Positions 24,801 through 38,600 of a stretch of 64,000 nt of DNA are shown in pieces (the stretch's first letter is position 1; each line of letters starts with the position of its first letter). A program made the translations under genes and the position numbers. Below the pieces are notes generated by a model. The model had not been told where the DNA came from. It saw only the letters and a list, made by a program, of their open reading frames with translations, and searched no databases. This stretch comes from Apteryx mantelli (taxonomy: Eukaryota): the NCBI RefSeq assembly GCF_036417845.1, contig NC_089978.1, positions 20,902,000 through 20,965,999 of the forward strand, written 5' to 3'.

Positions 24801-25984
24801 GAGGAAGCTTTTGAGACAGACTTAATACTTTACTACACGACTTGAGTCTTAAGAAGATCTTGTGCCTCAGTCGCTGTTGGCTAGCACTGATACTCATTTA
24901 TAGTAGATGGTTCAGACCTTAATATTATCTAGCTCTTCTCCATTGCATGTGATTGTTAAAAGTGGAATTGCACATCCATCATTTTAAGACCACAAAAAAT
25001 GCATATAAGGAAACTGAAGAAATTGTGACTATGCACTTGCAGACAGCTGTCTGCTTTAAGACATGATACATACTTAACTATTAGGGCATGTTTCAGCAGG
25101 ACAAGTGTTACCCACCAAGTGTTCAAGGACACTACTACCCATATGGTGATCTCTTGACTGTGAATCACAAAACCTAGCTTTTTCACAAGCAGTCTTGTTC
25201 TTCTGAGATGTTACTTGTCCAACATTTCTGTAGTCAAGTAGAGGGGATATAAATTTGGGTAGGAAAATTCCAGTTAAACCTGTTACAGCAGTGACACTTT
25301 TTGCACTGAACACAATCATCGCTATTGCTTACAGGGACAAAAAGCTGCTATCCCTGCCCTAAACACTAAGCTTTCAAATCCCTAGTTTCAAAGAATTTAT
25401 TTACGTGCAGATTTATCCCCCCAAAAAAGGGGGGGGGGAAGCTTTACCAAGCTTTGTGTACATTCCTGTAGTGACATCCTGTGTGGAAAAGTTTGCATGG
25501 GAGATGTGAAAGCATCTGAGGTTTCCCTTGCTTTCATGGATCTGTCTGCCCTACTGTGTCAATACTGGAGTGCTTCCTCTTTCTGTGAAACAAACATGAA
25601 CAGGCAGCACAAGCGGTTGTTCACACAAGAGCAGAGGTGAGCATCCCCACACACAAACCACCAGACAGAACAGTAGGACAGTTTTGAAGTCAAGAATGGG
25701 AGTCCTGATAGATTGTTCTGGGAAGAGTGAATGCAGGAGACCCAAAGAGATTATCAAGAACTCTCAGTATTTGCAGTATCAGGCAAACCAATTCAAGTAG
25801 ATCAAGCCAGTACTGACTTGCACTATTTTTATTAGTAGTATGATGCAACATTTAAATACACTGAAAATTGTAGAAGACTTCCTCATTTCCAAGGTGCATA
25901 TTCATAAAAGAATAGTTTGGAGAGAACCTCCTGAAGGATATCATGTTCAAACCTCTGCAAGTGCACCAAAACAGTGCTAACTTC

Positions 25985-26650
25985 AGGTTAGGCGGGGGCT
26001 TGTTGAGCTTTCAGTGGAAGTGCCACAAGCTCTCCAGGCAGCTTGTTGCAGTAGGTGACAATCCTCATTTTGGAGGGAAAAAAAAGCCCCACTCCTAGGA
26101 GCAGAATTTCCCTGTTGCACCCTGCCCTGTCCAAGCACCTCTGAGATGAGCCTGGCTCCCTCTTCTCTACATCCTCCCATTAGGTAGGTGAAGACAGCAG
26201 TAAGATTTCCCACCCATGCCCACCTTCCTATTTTCCAAACTGAACAGACTCTCTCTCTCCCCACTTAGGTGATGTGCTCAAGCCCCCCACCATCTTGGTG
26301 GTCTTCACTGGACTCACTCCCATACACCCTTGTCCTGAAGAGCCCCAAACTGGACACAGTGCTCCAGCTGCAGTCTCAGAAGTGCTGAACAGAGAAGGTT
26401 CACTTCCCCTGAACCTGCTTGGCTACACTCTTGCTAATACAGCCCACAATGTGGCCACCTTCTTCATGTTCAACTTTCTGTCCATCAGGACACCCAGATC
26501 CTTTTCTGCAGAGCTGCTTCCTAGCCCATCTGGGCCCAGGCTACACTACTGCACAAAGTTACAGAGTCCCCAGTGTAGGGCTTTACATTTCCCTTTGCTG
26601 AACTACATGACGTTGCTGACAGCCCCTCTGTTCATGTCAACTGCCCTTTC
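25985..26650 (-). mobile_element. Second, older and degenerate CR1 LINE fragment (RT C-terminal region)
   Basis: The + strand sequence 26330-26640 (ctggacacagtgctccag…cacccagatccttttctgcagagctgct…ttgctgaactacatgac) parallels the first CR1 copy (23580-23880). The minus ORF 25983-26264 contains YLMGGCREEGARL, similar to CR1 [16 protein letters not shown]. It overlaps the same part of ORF2 as copy 1, so it is an independent insertion. Confidence 0.6.
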
Positions 26651-29600
26651 TGATTTCAGGAAAAGCAAAACAAACATCCTGTTATTCATAGATTAATTTG
26701 AAATAGTTTTATTAGAAAACCTGAAAAATACAGTTACACTGGTGATATGTTACAGTGCAATGTTAAAATCTAATGCATCAAAATTAATTTTCATTTTTCA
26801 TTGTTCATTTCATTGTTTTTTATTGTTCATCTTTTCTTAGGCCACATTAAGACAGCAAGTATCATTTTTATCATAACTTGCAAGTATGAAACTTAATTGC
26901 ATCAATCATGAAATCACACTGCAGCTTTAATCTCCCAGTTGGTTAACATTTTCTCAGTTCTTTTAAACTGTTGCTGGCTCACAGAGTTTTTACTAGGTAA
27001 CTACTATTACTGTTCTATTTTAAACTTGATACTGTAGATTAAAATCCAGACTATTGTTTTCTTCTTTAAATATAAGTAGTACTGTATTTTCCCTTATTTT
27101 GTTATATATTAGTGCTTTAAAATATTTTCTTACTCATTTACCTCCAATAGTGTTTATTAATCCAAAAACAATCATTTAACCTAGAAACAGTATTTTAATG
27201 CATCATTTACCTTGACTTCAATTGTAATATCTGCAAATTTAAATCCTTTTATCAATGCCATTTCCCAAAACCAGTACTGGAGACCTGAAAACTAAATCTA
27301 CCTTCTAGTTCAGTCTAGACTGTAGTAGGAGTCAAAAGCTAAGTTATGCATCAAAGTTGTCTCACATCAGGTTTATTATAAAATGCTTGATTTTGCTGAA
27401 CACTGGATATCACCTTTTTTGCTGGAGAAGATGTAACTTGTCTCCTCCTCAGAGAGGAAAAGGTATCTTGAATGTCATCAGATTTTTCCAGTGCTGCTTT
27501 TCCAATCTGAGGTGGTTGGTGGGGGGAGAAAATCAGGTAAACAGATCGGTACTGATAAGTCTCCATGCTGATGATTATTCTCTCATCATTTTACAAAAAC
27601 AAATCATTGGCCCTATTTGCTCAGGTCTGCAGGACTACTGAAACTGTCAAAAAACAGAACACAAAACAGAATACAGCTTAAGTGAGAGTTATCAATTCAT
27701 CCCTCTCCGCTACGCAACTTGGTGCCACAGATTTAATTACAATTTTATTGGATAACAGGATTACTTGAGCATCCAAGGGCATAGAGAACAATGAAGAAAA
27801 AAGAACACAGATGTTGCACACACAAATAATGCAAGCAAACTCAAATGGATTGCTAATCTAGTACCCAGGACACAGATTTCATCACAAAAATCTCAGCCAC
27901 TGTAAATGTTCTAATGACTAAAAACATTATTGTATTCTCACCACGGATGATCCTTTTAATGCTGACTTGAAGAGCAGAATTTTGCACACAATCATGGTAT
28001 AGCAGAAAGTTATCTTTCATTTTCAAGGCGGTATAGCCAGGAGTAACTGTCATTAAAACCTAATGCAATGTAGAACAACATTTTCAGGAAATAAGATTCA
28101 GGCTGAAGCGTTACAAGATATTCTCAGTGATGATAAACTGCCTGAGAAAGCATTTCTGTAACTGAACTGCAGCAAATAGCAAGATTCAAATAGCAAACTA
28201 CAGAGAAACTTGTAAATATTAGCAATTACAGTTGGATAGATCAAGAGCTGGGAAATGCTTATACTTTTCTAAACAGCAGCATCAAGCAGTTATCTAGAAT
28301 TCTCTACTACATTTTAGGTATTTCAGCAGCAAAAAGACTGACAGAACATTTTAGCTTCACTAAAAATTAAATCAGAGCCCAGTACACGTTCTGGTATAAC
28401 AAAACTGTATGCAAATTTATTCCCAAAGTTGAAGAAGGGAAAGTAATGACACCCATACTGAAGCCAGCATTCATCTCTTCAAAATATTGCTCATCAAAAG
28501 GTTGAGAAAGAGCAAACTGAGCAGGTGTAATTTTGACTGATTTAACTCACTCTCCCACAATCTTTTGCAACTTTTTGCAGTTTGCATTTGCACAGTATGT
28601 CCCAGATACAATCCAAGCCACTCATATTTTAATCCCATCTTTTCTCAACTTTTATTGCAACTTAAGTAGGGTGTTAGGGTTTGGTAGGCAGGTTCACACT
28701 ACAGTCTGGAACTGCAACCTGAAGTGTGCACATGCAAATGAACAGTGGGAGAAAGGAGGAAAGGATTTTATCACTCCACTGAGACAAAGAGTCATTATTT
28801 AGCTAGTCAAAGAAACACTTGCATCTGCAAGGAACTCTGGCCATCCTCTCTTCCCTTCACAGGAAGGGAACAGAGTAAGTCAAAAGGAGAAAAATTCTGT
28901 AACTCCTGGGAAATTCGCCAAACAGTGACTAAGTTAACCTCCTCTGTGGAGGCTCTCAAATAGCTCTTTTGCATGGCTGCAGTCTGATATGTAAGGATAA
29001 GCAAAAACACTGAATTCCTAACGGCTACTTGGTCAAGACAAATGGTCAGCTGGATAGAAAGACCTCTTATGATTTAAACTTAGCATACACATACATCAAG
29101 TGCTTTTCCTGCTACCACTTCATTGTTCTCGAGGGGAGGGGGGTGGATAAAGTTTTAGCTGTATTGTCCGTTTTAGATCTTGTGAATCAATGCTTTTAGT
29201 TTTGTTCTGTCCTTAGCTTGGCTTATATTATATTATGATTTTACAGCGACTAGAAGGTAACAAGGAACCCCTTAGCAATGAGCAAGGCAAACCCACAGCA
29301 CGTATCTGTTATCCTGGCTCCTCAGCGCCACCATCTTAGATATCTAATAGGTAAGAAGTGCATGTCCCCAATTTCAGCTGCAGAGGTGAGATGGGAGTTA
29401 GCACTACAGAGCTCAGAAGAGAAAAAGTGACTTCCAGTAGCCAGCAGCAGGCTCTCTGGCACACAGCAAGTTACTAGGGTGCACCTGAACACTAGAGAGC
29501 AGAGCTCCAACTCTGAGGCCCACACAGAAGAAACTGTCTTTGGAAAAATTATTTACAAAGTAGTGCTACCTAAGTGAAAAATATAACAAGACATTGCAGG

Positions 29601-32600
29601 TAGCAAGAGGTACAAAAAGGAGACAGAGCTTCTGTGGAGAGCATAATTATCTAAATTCTACCTGTCTCAAGTAGTAATTTTGAATTGTTTAGTCTTGAGA
29701 ATCAAAGACCACATACAAAATTTCACAGTATTAGTTATAATTCACAGTACAGTTTGAGATACTGCACGAAGAATTTTTCTCATTTTGCCCTTTTCTTCCC
29801 ATGCTTTTTTACAGAACAACAAAGGACCCTGTCATGTTTATACTTCCTATGCAAATCTCACAGGTTTTACTGCTTCCCACACTTAATTTGCCAGCTGACT
29901 TGGAAATCAGTAAAGATCAGTAAAAGAACCCCTCTGATAGCAAGAAAGATATATTGAGTATTACACACTGTACCTTGATTATAGATGTGTTAACAGTAAA
30001 TAGAGAAATAGAGACAGCTCCCATAACATCACTAGGCCAAACATGAACACAAAAGAACTTGCCCAAATTCCTCATTTTATCAGTACAACTTGCAAATCTC
30101 AAATCCCATCAGTATTTAAAATGGTTTGTACTTTATGAAAGCAAACTGACATTTTGGAAACTTAGAACTACTGAACCAAACTGTATATATCTCCCATTAA
30201 AACATGTATCTGTCAGTCCCACATAGATGCTGCCAACACCTAGGGTAGATTATACTAAATCCCTGCATGCAAGGCAACTGAATTCCACCCCAGGTTTTAC
30301 AGGGTAAACAGCTTTTCAGACCAGGAGTCAGACTCTTCCCACAGTGCCTCCTTGCTAATCCCAAAAATGGTTCAGATCTGGAAACTACAATGTTGTTCAT
30401 ACCAACTGGATTCTGAGCACAAGGCATCAAACAAAATCCATTAGCTTGGACACAGCTACATTAGTGTAGCATATGGTTTGGGGATATCAGATGCATTAGG
30501 GCTAGCCAGATTTTGAGCTGTCTGCAAAAGGCTGTGTACACATACTTCAAGTACTTTAAAAACACATTAACAACTGACAGGAATTATGCAAAGAACAGAC
30601 ATATTATCTGAAAGCAAGTATCAGCTGAAGTATATAAGCAGAATTATTCTACATCAAATGGCAAATGTGAATAAAAAGCAGACTCCTAATTTCAGTAATT
30701 GCTGAAAAAAAGCTAAATATGGTAATACATACCTTATACTAAAACTTGGTTTAGGATCTTGCCCTTATGTATTCATAAGGCAGCAGAAGGATTCTGCACA
30801 AGACCGTCTTCATCTGCATTTTAATATTGTAATAGTAACCTAAAAAATAAAGAGACAGTAAATAACCAGAACATTTTAAACAAACTAGAAAATACTATAG
30901 CTTATTTTCTCAAATACCCACTTTTTAACAGGGAAATAAGTCTTAATGAATCTTCACAGCATCAGACAAATCCATTTCTTCTCTAGCCATTCTTACCATG
31001 TAGTTGTATGTACATAGATTTCTCTACTCTTAAGATTTTAAATTAAATCTCACTCCCCAATATTTAACAACTAGCTGGTTCAAGAACCATAACAAGTTCC
31101 TACATTTTCATACTTCAGCTTGAACTGCAGTCAGTACAGTTTCTGTTCTGAAAAAAATCCCCTCCTGACACTTGGCCTAAGTTCCATCTTCTCTTTGGAG
31201 GGTTTTTAAAACATACACTCAAACAAAATTGTTTTCTGCTAGGTCTGCCAATGCACAAACCAAATGTGCCCCTCTCATGTTCTGCTACCGAAATAATTAG
31301 GATCCCTGCACATAATAGTTATTAACAAAATGTGAGATAACCACTCTCACTATAGTTGTCCTGAAGGTATGAAAGCAGAAATATACTCAGCCTGCTGGGG
31401 TACATACTGTTAATAAATACTTAAAATAGGTAAACTATCTATGAAAGAAATACAACTGAATTACATATGAGATATAAATTGAGTAAAATGTCCTACTTTA
31501 TAATAACATCTCAGAGCAGAATTGCATGCATGTCTCACTAAAATGTATTTCAATACTAAAAGCTAAAAAATGTTAGACGTAAAAGTTAAGACATTTGCCA
31601 TTTCAAATCTTTTGTAATAATTTCCTTGCATTCACAGTAAATCCAGTTACAACTTTGAACAAGTCAGAGTATAATTTTATTCCTACTACTTTTATTAATA
31701 CATATATTAAAGCTATTGTAAATATATTCAAATAGAGCTCTGCATAATTATTAAAGGAGTTAATAAGAATATCCATCCTGAACTCTGGGTGTCTTCTTCC
31801 AGATTCTACACACAAAATAGTAATTCAAAGTGTTTAAACCTCAGTAACTCCCTCTCCCAGTCATTCAGGCTTCAAAATAACTTTCACTTAAACACACACA
31901 TTCCCTCCCTCCCGTCTTAATTAAAAATTGTGTCTTCTCCACAAATACATATTATTTTAAATTTGAAGTAAGTACTGCAACATTTGATAGGTTTAACCCA
32001 ACCCATTACTCAGGTCGGGGAAACAGAAACATGCTGCAGAGCTAAGGAACCCTAAAGAAACCTCCATACAGTGGAAGACTGACTGGAGAGCCTCTGCTCA
32101 CAACAGCAGCACGAGAACAGCTCTATACGCTGATAAAACTTCTTAAAACAATTTAACCAACATCCTGAGGTCCAGCTCCAGTTCAGAAACTACTAGCACA
32201 TCTTGCAAAGTATCTGTTAAAGAAAGACTTACTTTGGAAAGCCATACACCAGCTGTGCCTATTAGACTAGCTTCACTTAACGAACAGCCTCAAAAAGCAA
32301 CTTGAGTGACATGTGCAAATTGCAGTACACAAACACAGAACACTTACAGCAAAGGGCAACATTCACCTGATTAGATACCACTGAAAAATGGCTGAAGCTA
32401 GTAGCTCAGATTAAATATGATTTCAAAGTTGGCTCAATTCAGTTTAATAACGGAGTCCTATTAGAAGTTGTGGTAACTTCATCTATTTTCCCACTTGCTT
32501 CCCCTCCATCCTTTTGTTTTTGGATGGAGTAACTTGCTTCACCAACTACTGACCTTTCCAAAGTTGGAAGTATCCAACTTCAGAAATTCTATCATCTAGT

Positions 32601-35600
32601 CCATAGCATAGGATTTCAGCTGGATGAGTACCTTCTTATTAAAAACAGATATTACAGACCACGGCCTTCTAAACCTTTATAACTAGAGCTATAACTCTGC
32701 AAGCCCTACTATTAAAATCAGTTAATAAGTCAGGTACAAAATCACCATAGCTATGACTGCCAAACTCAGGGACCAGGCTAGAATTGTTGTCTGGACAAAC
32801 ATTAGTTACAATGCAGATATAGCGTCCAGAGACATTTCCATGTGGAGAAATCACTTCAATGATTGAAAATTAAATGTATGTTTTCTTAAAAGGAAACCAC
32901 AATGACAAACTGCCAAATGTTCAGTCTGTATTTCAATATTATGCAAAAATCTAGTATTAGGCTCCCCCCACTCCCCAATCCACAATCAGCAAGGCTAAAA
33001 CCCCAAATACCTAACCCACAGTCCCTCCAGCTTTCATTACAGCCAGTACATACTGTTTTCTCTTTCTTGGCCACTCAGACTTACTGAAGGGAATGCAGTG
33101 AGCCAGATTCTTAGCAACTAAAATGAAAATACAAGTGACAAAGTTGTAGCTAAACTCTCAAATAAATCCTCTTGCTGTTTTTGAAAATGACCCCTATAAC
33201 CAGCCAGCAAGACCATACGGTAGTGTTACTGATTATTCCATTTGCCATAATTCAATATGAACAAAACAATTATAGAATGATTTTTAAGAATATGTATCCA
33301 CCGCTACGCTGTTTCTTCAGAATTCGATCCCCACTAGAAGCGAAAGATCATTCCAATATCTCTACTCCCAATCACGAGACACTTTAACAGTAATTACTCT
33401 TAAACCTGAACATAACCTAGCAGCTAATGCTGAAAAAGGGAATTGTGAGTGAGCAGGAACACAGCCAAACAGTTATTTTCAAAGTAACAGACACGGAATC
33501 TTCTTCATTCATGATAAAAATTAATTATTCTAAAAAATAATTAAAGCTCAGTAAGTAGATTAGGTGCTCAGTAAAATGAATCTGAAATATTCTAAATGGC
33601 TGACAGCATGATAAACACACATTTGGGAGAACAGATGCACTGCTTTGCAAGTACATAAGATGAAGCAATACAATACTGTACATATACTGTGCCATTATCA
33701 AGGAAAAAGGAAAACCAGCTCTTCAGTACAAGCTATAACTCACAAGTTATACACATTCAGCTTAACACAGTATTCCCCATCTTTCCAATACAAAATCGGT
33801 ATGCGAGACAAGCTCCAGACTGCCACAGCAACATACCAAGCAGAAACAGAAAGCCATGACCATCTATGACACTGAAGCACCTTTTACACTTATCTTGCAT
33901 ACTTTCACACACTGTACTGTTTCCTTCTCAAAGCATACACAGCTAGGCAGCTTCACTAGCTTGACTGACAGAACAGGTAGCCTCCCCATTCCCCCCTTTT
34001 TTTTAAATTAACAGGATTTACTCTGGTGGCTATTGTAATAAAGAGTTTTCCCCTTATAATACCCTCATTTTCCCTTTTATGTCTACTTAAAAAATTACCT
34101 AGTGACACAGAACAGCAGCATAGGTAAATTTTGACTTCCACTGAAGTAGACCATATGACATTTTGCGTCAGCAGGAATATGTATCATTTGTGTGAGTAGC
34201 ATGCCCACTATCCATCACACAGAAAGGACGAAATCCAGTTCCAAGTTGCTCTCAGGATAACACACAATCCCTTGTGGTCATTTAGCAGGGGTTAGCAAAG
34301 GGAACCCCCGAGACAGATGATCTGCAGAGCTGTGTTCCTATTGCATTTGTTCACGACTTCCTATCAAAAGGTAACAGATAACAATGTTGGCTGCCAAAGT
34401 ACTAACAGAAGATACAGTGCTAAACATTTTTAACGGTCAAACAATCTTCTCCTCTTCATTTTTCCTCTTAGTTTTTACTCAAGTTGGTTGAACCTTGCTC
34501 ACCTTAATCACAAGTAGACCCTGCTGAAGCCAAAAGTGTACATTAGCAACAATAAAACCATCAGAGATCAAAAGATCAAGTATCAACTGGACATCATTGC
34601 ATGGCTGCCAGTGATTACAGGAGACTAACTCCAACATTCTCTTTTCCAATCTTATGTTCACAAAATTTTCCTTTAGGACATGTACTTGCAAACATTTGAG
34701 GAAAAAATAAACACTATCAAAATTAGGCTCACAAAGCCAAATTAAGTTCCTAGAAACAAAGGACAAATACTACTTGAACTGAGCCAACAAGGCTTTCATT
34801 TTCCTTCATCTAGGAGATGACTAAAAACTTTCTAAATCTATTGCATGATTTTTCAATTTACAAGCTGTAACATATCTGAAGTTAGTACCTTGAACAGAAT
34901 GAGGAATGTGAACATCCTAATATTCCTCTTCTGGAATCAGATTTCCAAAAATAAGAAATAGGGGCAGTTAGTATCGACTAGACAATAAACTAGTACCAGT
35001 GACAATATTATGTTCAAGGGACACATTTCTTCTATTTTGCCTGTAATACAAGACTTCACTCATACAGAAGTTGAATTATTTCTTAAGTATTCGGGGGATG
35101 ATGCATATGTTTGAAAATATTTAAACTTTAAACAGAAACTGCAGAGATTTCACCTATGTATGCAGCTTAAGGCACAAATTTGAAGACACTGAAATTTCTA
35201 AGTAAATTATAAATTTCATGGAAGTAGACTTGGGGGGGGGGTCACTACTTTGTTAGATATAATTCCATACATTTAATAGGAAAGGAAGCTCAATTTTTTA
35301 GCAGAAATTAAAGACTCCCTATGATTTCAAAGAGCTTTGGATTTGATCAGCAAAAGGGGAACTAAGTTCTTAATTATCAGCCAGATTTCTATTCCACGAT
35401 AGAATGAAATTGTGTATTACATTATACAGTATTATATTTTTATGAAATTTTGTCAATTATGAGATTGTAGCCATAAATATTCATTAAAATACTCCTGCAT
35501 GAAACAGAATGCAATCACACATTTTGGATTACTGGTCCATTCTCTATATTCACTAACACCCCTGCATCAAGTGGAGGAATCAGAGTCAGAATAGCTGGCT

Positions 35601-38600
35601 AATAAGCAAGTGATTTTCATAATTATACATTCTATATCTGTTGGCATTAAAACAGCAGAGGGTTCCTTCTGATGTCCAGATTTCTACTTTCAATGACTAT
35701 GTTCATGCTGAGAGTAAAGTAATAGTACAGTTTTCTCCATTCAGAAGTCGCATACCATTTTACACAGTTGCTAAGTTCATGAGCATTTTATGGTATTTTA
35801 CCTTATCATGAACAGCTATGAAGTAAAAATTGCTGAAGGAGCAAGGGAAAACCCCCAAAGACGAACATAGGCAAAGCCCAAGAGATGGTTTTCACAGATT
35901 TTACATTTTGTAACACCACTGAAAATCACCACAGGCTTTGTAATATAGAAGAATACTTGTATATAGTTAAGATGTGATTACCTCAGTAGTTTGAGGATAT
36001 TTTGAGCTTCCAAAAAATGGGAAAAAGACATTCTAGTTTCAAGGGAAACTTCCGGGATCGTGCATAACCCAACTTTTTCTTTAATTCATAAAAGCTGTAT
36101 TACTAAGGAATTGCAAAACTAACTGATGTACAGAGCATTTACTTCTGAAATAAGCATTAGCAATGCTGCTTTATACAACTTTATGCAATGCTCCCCACTC
36201 CCTCCTGTAAGATTCCTTACCTGTCATTTTTGAAGCAGGTGCCAAGTAAGGCCAGTGTCCTAACTTCCTCTTCCAAAATAATGACAGCTGAATTGAAAAA
36301 TCTTTGTGGGGCTAAAACTTCTTAAGCCATATGATTGTGCTGGGGGAAAGGGAAGGGCAGTCTGCGGTCTATGTAAAGATCAACAACTCAAGTTTCACTC
36401 AAAGAACTTTCATCTTTGAAGTGCTTCATTTGAAAATGTAACATATAGCAATACTGAACAATATATGCAACTTTCTTGGTAAGGAAGCATTCAGTAGCTA
36501 AGCACGTAATAGCTTGTTATGTTAATTCATACAGATCAAGAAAGTTAAAGTTTTATTTAGATTTGATAATTACTTTTTTACAATTAAATAAATTCTTTCC
36601 TATGCTCAATTCTACTGGGGGAATACTGACTTTTTATTTCTCTGATTGCTTCACCATGACAAACAAAACAGCTACTTGCATTGTAATAAATAGCATCTAC
36701 TGTAATAAAATCATATTTGGTAGAAGAAACAGGATCTTGGATTGGAAAGAGACAGGAAATGGAATCTGTATTTCACAATAAAGATGAAAACACAGCATTA
36801 ATAATTTGCAGTGTATCCTGCAAATGCTCTATCCTGTATTGGTCCATTGAAATAAGACCTGTTTACAAAAAAAACACAAGACAATGTTGAATAAAGGTAA
36901 CATTTCTCATGAAAACTTTTATTTTGTAGACATGAGGTAATTTACCTATGTGTTTTAATATGACATATCTAGTCTTCACAGTAAACAAAGCCTGCACTTG
37001 CCTAGTCTAAGCAGATTGCTATTCAGACCTGGGCTAAAGTGGTGCATAGTAACACCAAGGAACCTGTGATACATTTTTAAGGCAGAATATTCTGTGAATT
37101 GACTGTCTAACACTAGAGCAGAGATTCTCAACTTCCTATTATCATGCAAGGTTTACCATCTGGTAAGCTGGGACTCAGACGTGTCTGTGTCCTTGTACAA
37201 CTGAACATATTACTGACACTCCACTAAGATTTATCTCAACTTCCTAGTTACCATCTTACTTTTCTCATTTTAATAGGAAGGGACAACTTCTTACAGGATA
37301 AAAAGTCATTGTTCCTACCCAATGTGAAATAGTTCTAAATATCAAACAAATAAAATATCAATAGAATATCAAATAAAAAAAGCCTGAGCTCTCATATAAC
37401 TAGAACTAGGGAAGTACCTGCTAGTGTGTAATAAAGAGGACTAAAGAAAAGCAAGATACTATCAGTATTTTCAAGTTCGGATAACAGATCGAACTGCTAG
37501 GTATGTCAGTGTGTTTTTGGACTACTATTAAAATTAAACTTTTTTATTTCTTTAAAGACACTCTAGTCAGCTGAAACTTCCTTCATTTAAAAGCAAACTA
37601 CAAAGGCTTTCAATAATGAAACCACTTTTGCACAGGACTAGATTAAGAACACGTGGTAAGAAATAGGGAAATTCCTTTTGTCACATCTTACATATGGAAG
37701 ATATCTAAGTCGGATCAGCTGGCATCATCTTCAAGACTAAGCTATTCTGAATCAGACAGATTGACTGTTAGCATTATTTTTAATCATACATGGGATTCAT
37801 TCAGATTTCAAGATGCAAACCCATACTAAAATGCTCACATATTAAAAATGTACACGTATAAATAAGTTAAAGGCATGTGCTGAGTGACAAATTTGTAAAC
37901 AACACATTAATGAGAAAATGCTTATGAACAGACTAACACACAAAAGCTGGTGCTTCATAGTTACCTGTTCGTAACTTCTGATGTACAAGAGGAAAAAAAC
38001 ATCCATTCTAACATGCTACAGACAAACATCCTTTACTATGTCTTGAAAAGAAGCTCCATGTTTCTCATATGAAGTCCACATTTCAAATCCAAAGTTCTGT
38101 GTACTGTCTGATAAATCAATTTCTTTGAAAGGCAGAAAGAATATTTACCTGTTACCAGATTCTTCCACTATTTTTAATGGAACAGCATTAAAGAGCATTA
38201 CAGTTAGCTCTCCTCAACCTTGTTCCTGCTTCCTCTTAATTGTACTTTGGTGGTATTTAAAACCTATTTTGGCCAATTTCTCTTGATTCTGAACTCTACA
38301 AAATATTGCTTCTGGTCAGCATCTGACTGCAAAGTGTGCTCTCACAGAGCATATTTATCCATAAGCTTGAGTGATTCTAGTTCACACCACACTGTGTAAA
38401 CTAAAACAAATGCAAATAGCCAAATAGTTTAAAGCTCAAACTGAGCACCTGGAGGCAAAGGTAGAACTGGGACAGCTGCTTCATTAGAAAATTAGTGACT
38501 CAGAGACCCAAACAGCCTTCCAACATACTCATTTCCTGCAGTACACCACTTTGATATTTCAAAGGAATTTGTGTTGTTGATAGTAAAAGTGTAATGGCTT

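Noticed and set aside
36476-36781. 101-aa plus ORF, plus the other scattered 60-100 aa ORFs across the spacer (27-50 kb)
   Set aside because: They are AT-rich and low-complexity, with no splice-site-bounded conservation and no recognisable domains. This is the density of random ORFs expected in AT-rich DNA under the permissive start-codon rule.
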